64,000 nt of DNA from Candidatus Omnitrophota bacterium (GCA_022711395.1 JAKLFA010000002.1:195864-259863), one strand, 5' to 3'; shown: positions 30,712 through 40,721, counted from the first letter of the stretch. Notes: generated from the letters alone by a model not told the origin. Numbers and translations: made by a program.

Positions 30712-31740
30712 CTAATCAGAGAATTGGAACATGGCCTCGATGCTTTTCAGGGCTTTAAGGCGGAGAGATTCTTCGATGACCACGCGTTCATGAGGGGCAG
30801 GATCAGTCATGACGCGATAGATATCTTCTAAGGAGTTTGACTTCATAAAATCACAGATACGGCAGGTGCCGACCAGGTTTTTTCCCGGGTTCTCCACCTT
30901 GATCCGGTGGCCCAGCCCGCACTCGGTCAGCATCAGAAAATCTTTGGCCGTGGAATTTTTGATGAAGGAAAACATCTGCGCGGTGCTTCCGATGAAGTCC
31001 GCCTTCTGGCAGACTTCGGGCTTGCACTCAGGATGCGCCACAACGACCACATCGGGATATTCCTGGCGGATATGGTCGATCTCTTCGGCCGGGATCTCTT
31101 CATGCACCGTGCAGCTGCCGTGATAATACCGGATATCTTTTTTGACCCCGCGTCGGTTCATTTCAAAGATCAGGTTCTGCCCCATGTATTGGTCCGGCAG
31201 AAAATAGATCTTATCGCTGGGGATGCTGGCGACGATATTATAAACGTTGCTGGATGTCACACAGACGTCGCACTCGGCTTTCACGTCGACCGTGGTGTTG
31301 ACGTAGCAGACAAAGGTGTGTTCCGGGAACTGTTTGCGCAGTTCGCGGACCTTTTCGCCGTTGATCGAATCAGCCAGGGTGCAACCGGCGTCCCTTGCTG
31401 GGACAAGGACCTCTTTTTCAGGATTAAGGATCTTAGCGGTCTCTCCCATGAACCGCACAGCGACGAAAACGATCTTTTGAGCGGAGGTTTCACAGGCCTT
31501 TTTACTGAGGCCATAGGAGTCGCCGACATGGTCGGCCACGCCATAGATGATCTCAGGAGTGACATAGGTGTGGGCCAAAATGACCGCGTTCTGCTCCGCT
31601 TTGAGGCGGTTGATCTTATTAATAAGAGGAACGAGCTCTTCACACTTTTTCAGGGAATATTGGCAGCAGCTGGCGCCCAGCTTGATGTTCTTCAGCTTTT
31701 CGTAGAGGTCTTGGGCTGTGATATTCTTGATCGGCGGCAT
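30712..31740 (-). CDS. nadA: quinolinate synthase
   Basis: 342 aa; NAVILAHTYV, three conserved Cys (CYVNTT, HPECKPEVC, CRIC...) and overall NadA pattern. Confidence 0.85.
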   Translation of the reverse strand: MPPIKNITAQDLYEKLKNIKLGASCCQYSLKKCEELVPLINKINRLKAEQNAVILAHTYVTPEIIYGVADHVGDSYGLSKKACETSAQKIVFVAVRFMGETAKILNPEKEVLVPARDAGCTLADSINGEKVRELRKQFPEHTFVCYVNTTVDVKAECDVCVTSSNVYNIVASIPSDKIYFLPDQYMGQNLIFEMNRRGVKKDIRYYHGSCTVHEEIPAEEIDHIRQEYPDVVVVAHPECKPEVCQKADFIGSTAQMFSFIKNSTAKDFLMLTECGLGHRIKVENPGKNLVGTCRICDFMKSNSLEDIYRVMTDPAPHERVVIEESLRLKALKSIEAMFQFSD

Positions 31741-31879
31741 GATGCCTCCTTAAATAATGTTATCCACTATACTCCAAAAGATTTTAGAAATCAAGGGGCA
31801 TTATTGGGTCTTACCCGAGACAGTAGCCATCAATACAATAAATTTCAGATCAGACCTGAGGTGATCAAAATGATCCAAA

Positions 31880-32767
31880 TCATTGGATTATGGGCTGAAA
31901 TTCCGCGGTTCCGTAGAAGGCAAAATACTGAAGGTAATATCCGTCACACGAATTGAAATACAGACAAGGTTTGCAGCTAGGAAGCTTATGGCGCTCGAGC
32001 CTAAACCGGCTGCCCGGCTGAACCCGATCCGTATATTCTTTTTGAACACCAGGTATTCGCTTGTTACGGTGTATACAAGGAAGAAAAGGTTCCATATCGT
32101 TCATGACATCTAACGGGATGTCACTGAATTTAGCGGCGCACCGGTAATATTCAATAGCTTTTTCTGAGTCTGGATGCAAAAGATTGAATTCGAGCCGCTT
32201 TTTGAACGTGTCTCGACAGAATTTTTTAAGGTCGGGAAGATTGTGCAGGTTTTGTTTCAGAAGCAATGTGTGGATTGAAAATTTAATTTTTTGCTGGAAC
32301 AGGTTTTTTAATCCCAAAATGGTTTCGTCAAAGCTCCCCTTTGACTGTGTGATCTGGTCATGCAGATCAGCTGTGGTTCCATAAAGAGGGATCCGAAATT
32401 GAGTCACGCCGAGATCGATCAGTTCGGATAAGAAGTCCCCCTTGCTGAGTTTCCGGCCGGTTGTCTGGATATAGATATCATGAAAACCGCTGGCTTTTAG
32501 GTGGGAAACAAGCTCACGGATCTTTTTGTAGTTTAAAGGTTCATCAGACCCGATCTCAACGCAGTCATAGTTTTGCGCCGGGTACTTTTTGAGCTCAGAA
32601 ATGAGGCTTGAATAAGGGGTCTCCTCCTTTCCGGAAAGTTGGCTTCTTGAGCAAAAGATGCATTGGTTGCTGCAGGATGTTTTGACAGGGATCAACAGCG
32701 AGCGGGCGGTGTGGGCCGCAAAAGAAGATTGTTCGGGTTTTTGGGTCATTGGAGGTTTTTTTGTCAC
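31880..32767 (-). CDS. radical SAM domain protein, function unknown
   Basis: 295 aa; CSNQCIFC Cx3Cx2C motif near the N-terminus; no further family recognised. Confidence 0.6.
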   Translation of the reverse strand: MTKKPPMTQKPEQSSFAAHTARSLLIPVKTSCSNQCIFCSRSQLSGKEETPYSSLISELKKYPAQNYDCVEIGSDEPLNYKKIRELVSHLKASGFHDIYIQTTGRKLSKGDFLSELIDLGVTQFRIPLYGTTADLHDQITQSKGSFDETILGLKNLFQQKIKFSIHTLLLKQNLHNLPDLKKFCRDTFKKRLEFNLLHPDSEKAIEYYRCAAKFSDIPLDVMNDMEPFLPCIHRNKRIPGVQKEYTDRVQPGSRFRLERHKLPSCKPCLYFNSCDGYYLQYFAFYGTAEFQPIIQ

Positions 32768-32787
32768 GGCGTATTCCGGCAGTGTTT

Positions 32788-34191
32788 TTAAGGGTTCTTA
32801 TGGGAGTCCGCAAGACGGCATTTTAAAAGGTGCGGAGTCGCATCATGGATTTTGACAGAGAGTGTTTCTCCCAGTCGCAGTTTCCCTATTTCTGAAGTTT
32901 TTGCGGCGATCTGGGTCCGCTTATTATGAATTGTGCGTCCTTCCACCGCATTTGGCCTTATGTTGTCGATGAGGCTCTCAAGCGTTTTTCCGATCATGGC
33001 CTGATTGCGCTGCAGGGCAAATTTTTGTTGGAGATCATTGAGGAGCAAAATCCGCTCAGTTTTCACCTTTTCAGGGACATCATTTTTGTAATCGCGTTCG
33101 GCCTTGGTTAACTTACGCGGAGAATATTTAAAAATAAAAGCGGAGTCGTAGCCCACTTTGTTGTAAACATCGACCGTGTCTTTGAACTGTTCATCGGTTT
33201 CGGTCGGAAATCCCACAATGATATCCGTGGTGATGGCGATTTCGGGACAGGCGGCGCGCAGTTTATCCACGATTGTCAGATAGTGTTCTTTCGTGTAGGG
33301 ACGGTTCTTCTTTTTAAGGACTTCATTACTGCCAGCCTGCAGCGGCAGATGAATGTGTTTGCAGAGTTTTGGGTGACGGGCGATCAGTTCGATCAATTCA
33401 TCCGCAACGTCTTTGGGGTGCGGCGATGTGAACCACACGCGTTTGACTCCCTCCACATCGCAAACCTGCCTCACAAGGTCCGGGAAACGTGTGTCTTTGT
33501 AGCTGTAGGAGTTCACATTCTGCCCGAGGAGTGTGACCTGGGCGAAACCCTCTTTGACCAGCTTGCGTGTTTCATTGACGATTCCTTTGGGTGAACGGCT
33601 GCGTTCTCTCCCGCGGGTGTAGGGCACCACACAGTAACTGCAGAAATTATTGCACCCGCGCATGATGGCGATCCAGGCATTGGCCGCGCTTTCACGGTTG
33701 GGATAAATGTCCTCATAGGTCTCGGTATCGGAAAGCTGGATGTCGAAGGATTTTTCCTTTCCGGCCTTTTGGATCAGGTCAGGGAGCTTTTTATAGGAGT
33801 CCGGGCCGACGATCAGGTCCAGGTCCAAATGCGGGTCGCTGATGAGTTCCTCGCGCAAATTGGTCGCCATGCAGCCCAGGATGCCGAAGATCGCGGGAAC
33901 GCCCTGCCGGTCATGACGGATCCGGTGAATGAGTTCGAATATTTTGCGGTTGGCGTTCTCCCGCACCGAGCAGGTGTTAAGAAGGATCACGTCGGCGTCC
34001 TGTTCGCTGTCCGTAAACGTAAACCCCTTCTCCGCCAGGATCGACCGGATGAGCTCGGTGTCATACTCGTTCATTTGACATCCGAAGGTGACCAAAAGTA
34101 TGCGTTTTCCTGCTGAACCGGCAGGTAACTTCTCTTGGTCTTTTCCGTCGGAATCGCCGCTTTGCCCATCGTTTCGCATTTTTTCAGACAT
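32788..34191 (-). CDS. miaB: tRNA-2-methylthio-N6-dimethylallyladenosine synthase (methylthiotransferase family)
   Basis: 467 aa; MTTase N-domain FGCQMNEYD...NTCSVRE, radical SAM CNNFCSYC, C-terminal TRAM domain. The start is uncertain: the low-complexity N-terminus overlaps the recombinase gene. Confidence 0.85.
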   Translation of the reverse strand: MSEKMRNDGQSGDSDGKDQEKLPAGSAGKRILLVTFGCQMNEYDTELIRSILAEKGFTFTDSEQDADVILLNTCSVRENANRKIFELIHRIRHDRQGVPAIFGILGCMATNLREELISDPHLDLDLIVGPDSYKKLPDLIQKAGKEKSFDIQLSDTETYEDIYPNRESAANAWIAIMRGCNNFCSYCVVPYTRGRERSRSPKGIVNETRKLVKEGFAQVTLLGQNVNSYSYKDTRFPDLVRQVCDVEGVKRVWFTSPHPKDVADELIELIARHPKLCKHIHLPLQAGSNEVLKKKNRPYTKEHYLTIVDKLRAACPEIAITTDIIVGFPTETDEQFKDTVDVYNKVGYDSAFIFKYSPRKLTKAERDYKNDVPEKVKTERILLLNDLQQKFALQRNQAMIGKTLESLIDNIRPNAVEGRTIHNKRTQIAAKTSEIGKLRLGETLSVKIHDATPHLLKCRLADSHKNP

Positions 34192-35777
34192 TTCATCCCC
34201 TCTTCATAACAAATTTTCCAAGGCTCGTTAATATCAACCTTGACTATCTCCTGATTTTGAATGTAGACCGCCCTAAAAATAATCCGCATGAACGTCTTGA
34301 CCAGATAGTCCCTCTGCTCGTCCTTCGGATTACTGCGCAGGCGAACCAAGAAATCCTGCGTGGCCTTGACCAGATTAACCGAATTGCGACGCTCAAGCAC
34401 CTTTAACTGGATCGCCTTAACGTCCTGCTTTAACTTTTTCTCCTCGTTACGCAAAAGATCAGCGCGCTCTTTGTAGATATCGGCGTTGATCTTATCCTCC
34501 GAGAAAACCTCATACAGCACCTTCTGCTTCTCGATATTCTTGCCAAGCGCCTTCTCCTTCGCGTCCAGCTCGTCAATAAGATGCTGTTCCGGTTCGGTCG
34601 CGGTCATCTTGATCACGTCACCCAACTCCTCGATCACGTGAAGGTTTTTGCTGATGATATCAATAATATCCCAGACCTGCTTATTGACAGCGTCCGCCGT
34701 CACCGACTTATTACCGCATTTGACGTAAGACACGCCCACAGACGAACAACAATACCACGGCCTGCGCGCTTTCGTGCGATGATTGGCCGTTAGCGTCAAG
34801 CCCCGGTAATTCCGTCCGCAAAGGTTACACTTTAACACGCCGGACAAGTGATACACATTATTCCTGAACCGCACAACAGCATTCGTGCGATTTGTAGCCA
34901 GCCGCTTTTGCGCGGCATCAAACGTCTCTTGCGTGATGATGGACTCATGAGCGTTCGGCACCTCGATGATCTTTGACGGATCATTATGGACGTAACGATA
35001 TCCCTTGCCCTCGCCGTTCCTTGTCTTGGTCTTCATATCGTAATGCTTACGATTCCAGACGAGCGTGCCTAAATAAGTTTTATTGCGCAAAATATCGGAA
35101 ATAAACTTGCCGTAAAATCGTCCGCCCTGTCTTGATGGAATACCCAAGTGATAATAATGCCCGGCTATCTGCGCGGTGCTCTTACCGCCAAGATAGAGCG
35201 TAAAAATATCTTTAACGATCCTCGCCTCATCGGGATTCACTTCAAGCTTCTTGGCTTCTTTATTATAGCGGTAGCCATACGGCGCGTAGCGGGCTCCCTG
35301 CCAGTGGCCTTTCTTGACACCAACAATCATGCCCGGGAAAACACGCTCAACCAGACGATTGCGCTCAAACTCGGCGCAACTGCCGAGCATCTGAATCGCC
35401 ATCTTACCGGCGCTCGACGTTGTATCGAACGGCTCGGTCGCTGACTTATAGCCAATACCGAGTGCCTCAAATTCCTCAAGTAACCCCAACAGATCTTTAA
35501 GCCGACGGCTCAAGCGATCCTGTTTATATACCATGACCAGATCGAATTGCTTATTGCGAGCATCCAGCAATAACCGTTTAAGCGCCGGGCGATCCATATT
35601 CCCGCCGGAATACCCGTCATCCATATAAACGTCTCTGCCCGACATTGTGCAAATAACATCCCAGCCGAAATTCTTCGCATATTGCAAAAGATAATTTCTC
35701 TGCACCTCCAGCGAAAAGCCTTCGCGCGCCTGATCCTCTGTGCTAACTCTTGTGTATAATGCTACCTTCATTGTCAT
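34071..35777 (-). CDS. large serine recombinase (integrase)
   Basis: 568 aa; resolvase catalytic domain VALYTRVSTEDQ (nucleophile Ser), recombinase domain, Cys-rich zinc ribbon (CNLCGRN...CCSSVGVSYVKCGNKS) and coiled-coil C-terminal region. Confidence 0.85.
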   Translation of the reverse strand: MTMKVALYTRVSTEDQAREGFSLEVQRNYLLQYAKNFGWDVICTMSGRDVYMDDGYSGGNMDRPALKRLLLDARNKQFDLVMVYKQDRLSRRLKDLLGLLEEFEALGIGYKSATEPFDTTSSAGKMAIQMLGSCAEFERNRLVERVFPGMIVGVKKGHWQGARYAPYGYRYNKEAKKLEVNPDEARIVKDIFTLYLGGKSTAQIAGHYYHLGIPSRQGGRFYGKFISDILRNKTYLGTLVWNRKHYDMKTKTRNGEGKGYRYVHNDPSKIIEVPNAHESIITQETFDAAQKRLATNRTNAVVRFRNNVYHLSGVLKCNLCGRNYRGLTLTANHRTKARRPWYCCSSVGVSYVKCGNKSVTADAVNKQVWDIIDIISKNLHVIEELGDVIKMTATEPEQHLIDELDAKEKALGKNIEKQKVLYEVFSEDKINADIYKERADLLRNEEKKLKQDVKAIQLKVLERRNSVNLVKATQDFLVRLRSNPKDEQRDYLVKTFMRIIFRAVYIQNQEIVKVDINEPWKICYEEGMKCLKKCETMGKAAIPTEKTKRSYLPVQQENAYFWSPSDVK

Positions 35778-35949
35778 CTTTTAAAGTTGACCGCCATTTT
35801 TTGATCTCGGCGATGCACTCATCTGTAAACACCGGCCAGTTCCTGTAATCCCGCTTTGGCTTAATCCAGCCCTTGCGCACCCAAGCGAGCATGGTCTGCC
35901 GGTGCACGCCCAGTTTTTTTGCCGTCTCTTTCATGTTGTAAGTCTTCAT
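35743..35949 (-). CDS. excisionase/MerR-family HTH DNA-binding protein (Xis/AlpA-like, candidate RDF)
   Basis: 68 aa; MKETAKKLGVHRQTMLAWVRKGWIKP HTH pattern; overlaps the recombinase start. Confidence 0.65.
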   Translation of the reverse strand: MKTYNMKETAKKLGVHRQTMLAWVRKGWIKPKRDYRNWPVFTDECIAEIKKWRSTLKDDNEGSIIHKS

Positions 35950-35996
35950 ATCAGCACCCTCTATGATTGGGCTTTAGTATACCCTGATATACACCA

Positions 35997-36194
35997 TCAT
36001 ACAAGGTTTTTCTTCTCTTCCCCGTACGAGAGAAAAAACATTTTCGATAAGAGCTCAATGCCGGATTCAAAGGATTTTCGAGCGTCCGCTATCTCAAGTG
36101 CAGACAGACCCCGGGCTTTGAGCTTTGCTTCCAAAGCGTCCCAGCCCCGCGGCTCTGCCCTGACTTCGTTTAATATGCTCGATTCCTTTTCCAT
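35997..36194 (-). CDS. hypothetical small protein
   Basis: 65-aa ORF in the element, same strand as neighbours. Confidence 0.3.
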   Translation of the reverse strand: MEKESSILNEVRAEPRGWDALEAKLKARGLSALEIADARKSFESGIELLSKMFFLSYGEEKKNLV

Positions 36195-36235
36195 GTTCTC
36201 TTCCTGCTACGACTGACATACTGACATTCGGCGTG

Positions 36236-36547
36236 TCACTGAATGTCACTCAAATTCCCCTCATTCGTGCCTAAAACGCCCTGTTTTGAAGCGGAATCCG
36301 CCCCATTTGGCGCGTTTTCGCCATCCCACTGACACTGACACGAGTTTTTGAAATTGATATCACTGACAGACTGCGCCTCGGCTGACCCGCGCCAAAGCCC
36401 CTCCAGAAGGACCCACTGCTTAAAAGACGCCGGGGTCACATGCAGACGCGCGGTCACGCTCCGGCCATCGGGTGACGGAAAACGCACATACACCCAGAAG
36501 CCCGGCTTCCATTTCTTCTTCCTGTACTTAAAGCTGTACCATCCCAT
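36236..36547 (-). CDS. hypothetical protein
   Basis: 103-aa ORF with a basic N-terminus (KYRKKKWKPGFW). Confidence 0.3.
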   Translation of the reverse strand: MGWYSFKYRKKKWKPGFWVYVRFPSPDGRSVTARLHVTPASFKQWVLLEGLWRGSAEAQSVSDINFKNSCQCQWDGENAPNGADSASKQGVLGTNEGNLSDIQ

Positions 36548-36651
36548 GATTCACCTCGATTAAGAGATGGCGCGGAGCTGGGCGTGAAACCGCAGGAGGT
36601 TGCGAAAGACGCCCGGTACTTCATCGTTTGAACACTCCGCGCCAAATTGGT

Positions 36652-37290
36652 TCACTTTTTCACCTTGCGATGACGCTCAATCTTCGCCTCGAATTCCTTG
36701 TCCAGATCGAACTCGCGAAAGCGCAGGTGATAACTGTCCTTCTCAATTTCCTTTTCAAAACAAGTCGGATGCGTTAGCGCGCGCTCCGCCCGCTCCTTTT
36801 CAATCATAAAAATATGATTGGTTTGACTGTTAAACCGAAACAGTCTTCCGTCACTCATATAAGTGTCAGCAACGGCTCCGAGAAAAGACTGCGCGAACAC
36901 CAACAACCTCGCGTGCATGCGGGCAAATTCCTCGTCGCAAAACCTTCGTTCCGCGCATATTTCCTGATTCAATCTGTTTGCCTCTGTCTTTAACCCTTCC
37001 TTTTCTTCTTCAAGCGCCATCCGCAATTTATCTTTGAGCTTGTTGATGCTTTCAATGATCGCCTCATGATTAAGCGTGGCGTCTTCCATCCGCGCGTCCG
37101 CTTCTTTGATCTGATTTTCTCCTATCGGCTCTCCGCACAGTTTCTTCTGTCGCAGGCCTTTTGACACCGCGCGGAGCGCCTCTTTTTCTTTTGCCGCTTC
37201 TTCTTGCCTCGCTTCAAGAAGCACAATCTGCTCGGCAACCTCATCCGATGTGCTCTTGCGACTTAACACGTTCAAGAAATTGATCTTCAT
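36652..37290 (-). CDS. hypothetical coiled-coil protein
   Basis: 212 aa, heptad-rich (EARQEEAAKEKEALRAV...); no family recognised. Confidence 0.4.
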   Translation of the reverse strand: MKINFLNVLSRKSTSDEVAEQIVLLEARQEEAAKEKEALRAVSKGLRQKKLCGEPIGENQIKEADARMEDATLNHEAIIESINKLKDKLRMALEEEKEGLKTEANRLNQEICAERRFCDEEFARMHARLLVFAQSFLGAVADTYMSDGRLFRFNSQTNHIFMIEKERAERALTHPTCFEKEIEKDSYHLRFREFDLDKEFEAKIERHRKVKK

Positions 37291-37389
37291 TTTTCGTTCC
37301 TCCTGTTTTGTTAAATGATTTATCTTCTACCCATTGCCCTGCTTTTTTCGTCTACATCGCCTCACCTCCTGTTCCCTGAACGTTGTGAA

Positions 37390-37665
37390 CGTCGACTACC
37401 CTACTTTTTCTAAGCGCTCTTTATGTGCCTCTACGGAGCTTTTTCTCTCTCTTTTTCTTTCTTGGAAAAAGAAAGAAACGACATTCACAACATTCACAAA
37501 CCACATAACCTCTTGTGGATTATGCGGATAATCCGTGACCAGCGTTGTGAACGTAGCCCCTCGACAGTCACAATGGTCACGCCTTTTAATACGGCCTCGT
37601 GTCGTCTTCTTCACAGAATCCAGCCCCTTGTTCACGTTCGTTCACGCCTTCGTTCACACTGTTTT
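37390..37665. repeat. array of GTTCAC-type iterons (P4 ori/crr type-I-iteron-like TGTTCACC) overlapping the 3' end of the primase gene
   Basis: CGTTGTGAACGT occurs twice (37391 and 37543), ATTCACAACATTCACAA once, and TTGTTCACGTTCGTTCACGCCTTCGTTCACA (three GTTCAC in 32 bp at 37630-37662). Confidence 0.5.
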
Positions 37666-39961
37666 CAAAAAGCGAATTACCCTTCACCTTGCGTAAAATA
37701 ACCAGCTTCCTGCCTGTCCCGCCCTCCCGTTTTTCAGGCCGCAAAATATCGATGCCCACACTGCGCATGACCGGAGCGATACGCATAAGTTCTGAACCAA
37801 GCGCTCGGGCATTGCCGGGTATGGTCTTATCAAAACCCGTTTCCGGCTGAATGCACTCAAGAAGCGTGGTCGCTGATCCCTGCCACTCTCCTCCGTTTGA
37901 TTCCACAAGATAAACCAGCCGCTGGGCGAAGGTGCTCTCCTCGGCAGTGTCCTCCCATTTGTGATCAACGGATTGCTGATACCGCTTAAAGAACTCCTCC
38001 CGGGAAAAGCCTAAATACTCAGCCAGTGCCGCGCCCCACTGCGCGAAGTCCGACATCCGGAAACGCTCATGGCCGGACACGCCGTCAATAACCGCCATGG
38101 CATTTGAAATAGCCGAGAAGAATCCGCCGAGAATGCCGGGAAGCGAAGCCCGCCATTCATAAGCGATAACCTTCTCCGGACGGGTTTCTCTTAGGATTGG
38201 GATATCGAAGATAATCGAGCGGTCTAACAAGTCCGGGCGGCAAATAGAACTGCCGATCCCATTAAGAACAAAACACCGGCGATAAGTCCGGATGAACTCC
38301 TCATCATTGGTGTAAAGCGAACGCTTCATATCGCCTTCGCCAGTCACAGCCCGGCAGAGAAAATCGCTGAACCATTCGGACACCCGGGAAAGATTGTCAA
38401 AATTATTCACCCAGTGCTTGTCCGCGATCATCTGTGCCTGCTCCAAATCCTTGGGCACGGAAATGGACATCACCTTGGAAGGATCGCACAGACTTTTAAT
38501 GAGGCGTGAGTTATTAGATTTGCCTGTTCCCTGCTCGCCGATCTGCACCGGTATGACATGAGGAATATCGGGAATAAAGAACGTCGCGATAGCCATCATA
38601 AAAAGACAGGCATCGTTTTTATTGATATTGCAAAACTCCAAGAGCTTTTTGGGGTCAGAACCTTTGACCGGCAAAACCTGCTCTGCCTGATGCGAGTATC
38701 GCTTGAATATCGGCGGCAAGAAAACGACTTCCCAGCCGTCTTTGGTAATAACTATCCCCCGCCAGTCTTGGGTAGTGAGATCATAATAAATAGCCCCGTT
38801 ATGCCAGCCGACACGGTTATAAAGCTCGACCTGTCGCCCACTTTCGCACTTGGCTTCAATCTGGACTTTCGCTTGCTTTAAGGCTTCACTTCCCGGAGGA
38901 TGGCCAAAATCATGACGGTAGCGCATCGCGCAGTAATTCCTGAAACGGGAACTGCTGGTCTGGCAGACTTCAAGATGTTTATCAAACGGCAGAACAATAT
39001 ACGGATTCCCCTGCTGGTCGCGCAGATACTCGCTGATCGTCTCTTCGCAGTCGCGGGTAATGATCTCGCCTTGGGTGAGCTTCTTCTCTTTCGGGAATCC
39101 TGACGCTTCAAACACATTTTTGACATCTTTAACGGCCTTATCAATAACGCTTTGCCCATATGTCCTGCCATCACCGAAATGCTTCTCATCCCACTTTGGC
39201 CGCATGAGCCCGGACTGACGAAAAAGCAAATCCATCAGCCCGTCATCCTTTCCAGTCCAAAAGGCCAGCTTATTGCAAAGTGCCAAGTCAGCTTCTGATT
39301 GAGATGGATATGATTCCTGCCACCTGCCTTCATAAAGGGCGAAGAACGCCTCGCTGTCATTGCTCTTTTTTATCTTGCCAAGTATGCTTCGGACGCTCTT
39401 CTTTTCTTCCTCGGCCTGCTTCAATTCTTCAAACAGCTTCAAGAGCTCGTCTTCTCTTGCTTCGATCGTTCTTTTGCACCCCGGCACGATATCGCCTGTG
39501 ATCGTAAAGAACCTGCCTCCGGAATACATCTCAACACCAAGCTCGCTAAACTTGCGATCGTTGGGAAGCTCGCCTTTACAAAGGATATGAATACCGGTGC
39601 CGCTGGGAGAGAATTCGGTATAACTGTCCAGTACCGATATGATCTTTCGGGCATACGATGCGATAACGCCATTCATCACGCATCCGTCAATATCAATGCC
39701 GACGGTAGGCTTGGTTATTGCAAAGCCGATCGCGTCAAGGCCCAACGCTAAAGACCGGGCGATGACCTCACCAAGCGGCCGCCATGTTTTTGGATCATTG
39801 GACTTGGCATTGCCGCCGGTTGCGACATTGACCGGGACCTTTTTCGCCTTCTTGTCTTTTTGGGGGATGAATTTGAACCCAACGCCTATTGGCGGGCTCA
39901 TGATTTCCTGCGGGATATTCTTCTCTTCCCACCTCTTCACTTTTCTTCTCTCTTCGCTCAT
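37586..39961 (-). CDS. primase-helicase (prim-pol domain plus D5_N plus SF3 helicase; P4 alpha-like)
   Basis: 791 aa; archaeo-eukaryotic prim-pol motifs VGIDIDGC ... SPSGTGIHILCKG and SF3 Walker A GEQGTGKSN. The architecture is typical of phage/plasmid P4-family primases. Confidence 0.8.
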   Translation of the reverse strand: MSEERRKVKRWEEKNIPQEIMSPPIGVGFKFIPQKDKKAKKVPVNVATGGNAKSNDPKTWRPLGEVIARSLALGLDAIGFAITKPTVGIDIDGCVMNGVIASYARKIISVLDSYTEFSPSGTGIHILCKGELPNDRKFSELGVEMYSGGRFFTITGDIVPGCKRTIEAREDELLKLFEELKQAEEEKKSVRSILGKIKKSNDSEAFFALYEGRWQESYPSQSEADLALCNKLAFWTGKDDGLMDLLFRQSGLMRPKWDEKHFGDGRTYGQSVIDKAVKDVKNVFEASGFPKEKKLTQGEIITRDCEETISEYLRDQQGNPYIVLPFDKHLEVCQTSSSRFRNYCAMRYRHDFGHPPGSEALKQAKVQIEAKCESGRQVELYNRVGWHNGAIYYDLTTQDWRGIVITKDGWEVVFLPPIFKRYSHQAEQVLPVKGSDPKKLLEFCNINKNDACLFMMAIATFFIPDIPHVIPVQIGEQGTGKSNNSRLIKSLCDPSKVMSISVPKDLEQAQMIADKHWVNNFDNLSRVSEWFSDFLCRAVTGEGDMKRSLYTNDEEFIRTYRRCFVLNGIGSSICRPDLLDRSIIFDIPILRETRPEKVIAYEWRASLPGILGGFFSAISNAMAVIDGVSGHERFRMSDFAQWGAALAEYLGFSREEFFKRYQQSVDHKWEDTAEESTFAQRLVYLVESNGGEWQGSATTLLECIQPETGFDKTIPGNARALGSELMRIAPVMRSVGIDILRPEKREGGTGRKLVILRKVKGNSLFENSVNEGVNEREQGAGFCEEDDTRPY

Positions 39962-39963
39962 CT

Positions 39964-40194
39964 CTACACTCCGTTTTGAAATAAAAAGTCTTTAACCCTT
40001 CTGTAACACTGAAATAACTGCTCCTCTTGGGAGTTCCTGAAAAACTCATCCGCGAGCCTCTTTGTCTTTTCGCTGTCTTCAAAAAGCACCCGTTTCTGCC
40101 TGCCAAAGCCCGAGATGCCTTTCATGGCCAGCCCTTTTGACACAAGGTAAGCCGCCAGATAAATGTTACCCGCTTCAAAATACTGTTCTTCCAT
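39964..40194 (-). CDS. small phage-type protein (possibly DUF5659-like)
   Basis: 76 aa; YLAAYLVSKGLAMKGI...VLFEDSEKTKRLADEFF pattern reminiscent of small phage proteins; 2-nt gap to the primase. Confidence 0.35.
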   Translation of the reverse strand: MEEQYFEAGNIYLAAYLVSKGLAMKGISGFGRQKRVLFEDSEKTKRLADEFFRNSQEEQLFQCYRRVKDFLFQNGV

Positions 40195-40229
40195 CGTTAA
40201 CCCTCGTTTTCACTTCCCACAGTAGGTAT

Positions 40230-40720
40230 CACCTGTTTGCCTGTGAAATTTCGCATCTTTTTACTGCCCTCATATATGAACACGCAAAAAATTCGAAAGT
40301 GTAACACCCCTAAAGCATATATTCCGGTTTTTCCTGTAAAGTGTCGGATCATTACCCTCCCACAGGTGATTACAGGAAAATTCCGAAAGTGTCGAAGCCT
40401 TCAAGGCGTATATACAACTTTTTTTGCCAAACTGTCCCACCCCTAAGGCGTATATTCCGGATTTTTCCGGAAAGTGTCGGAACTTTCTTTCCCCTCATAG
40501 GTGATTACGCAAAATTTTCAAAAGTGTCGAAGCTTTTGGCCAACTTTTTTGCCCTCCCATAGGTGATTACAGGAAAATTCCGAAAGTGTCGGGGCTCTCT
40601 ACCATAGTTATTACGTTTTTAGGGTCAAAATTTCGCACCCTTACCGTAGTTATATGTATTCCGGGCCAAGATTTCGCACCCCTCAGCTATGAACACGCAC
40701 TATTTTTTAAAGTGTCGAAG
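40230..40720. repeat. dense non-coding iteron array (putative replication origin/operator region)
   Basis: Seven AAAGTGTCG(R) cores embedded in two alternating ~42-bp repeat types (CTAARGCRTATATTCCGGnTTTTyCnGnAAAGTGTCGGA and CCCAYAGGTGATTACrsrAAAwTTyCrAAAGTGTCGrrGC). Also TATGAACACGCA twice and ATTTCGCACCC three times. No ORF. Confidence 0.6.
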
Positions 40721-40721
40721 C

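Noticed and set aside
30907-31956. 349-aa plus-strand ORF
   Set aside because: Lies entirely antisense to nadA, whose identity is unambiguous. Its translation is low-complexity (D/R/G/A-rich) with no recognisable motif, so it is a typical antisense shadow ORF.
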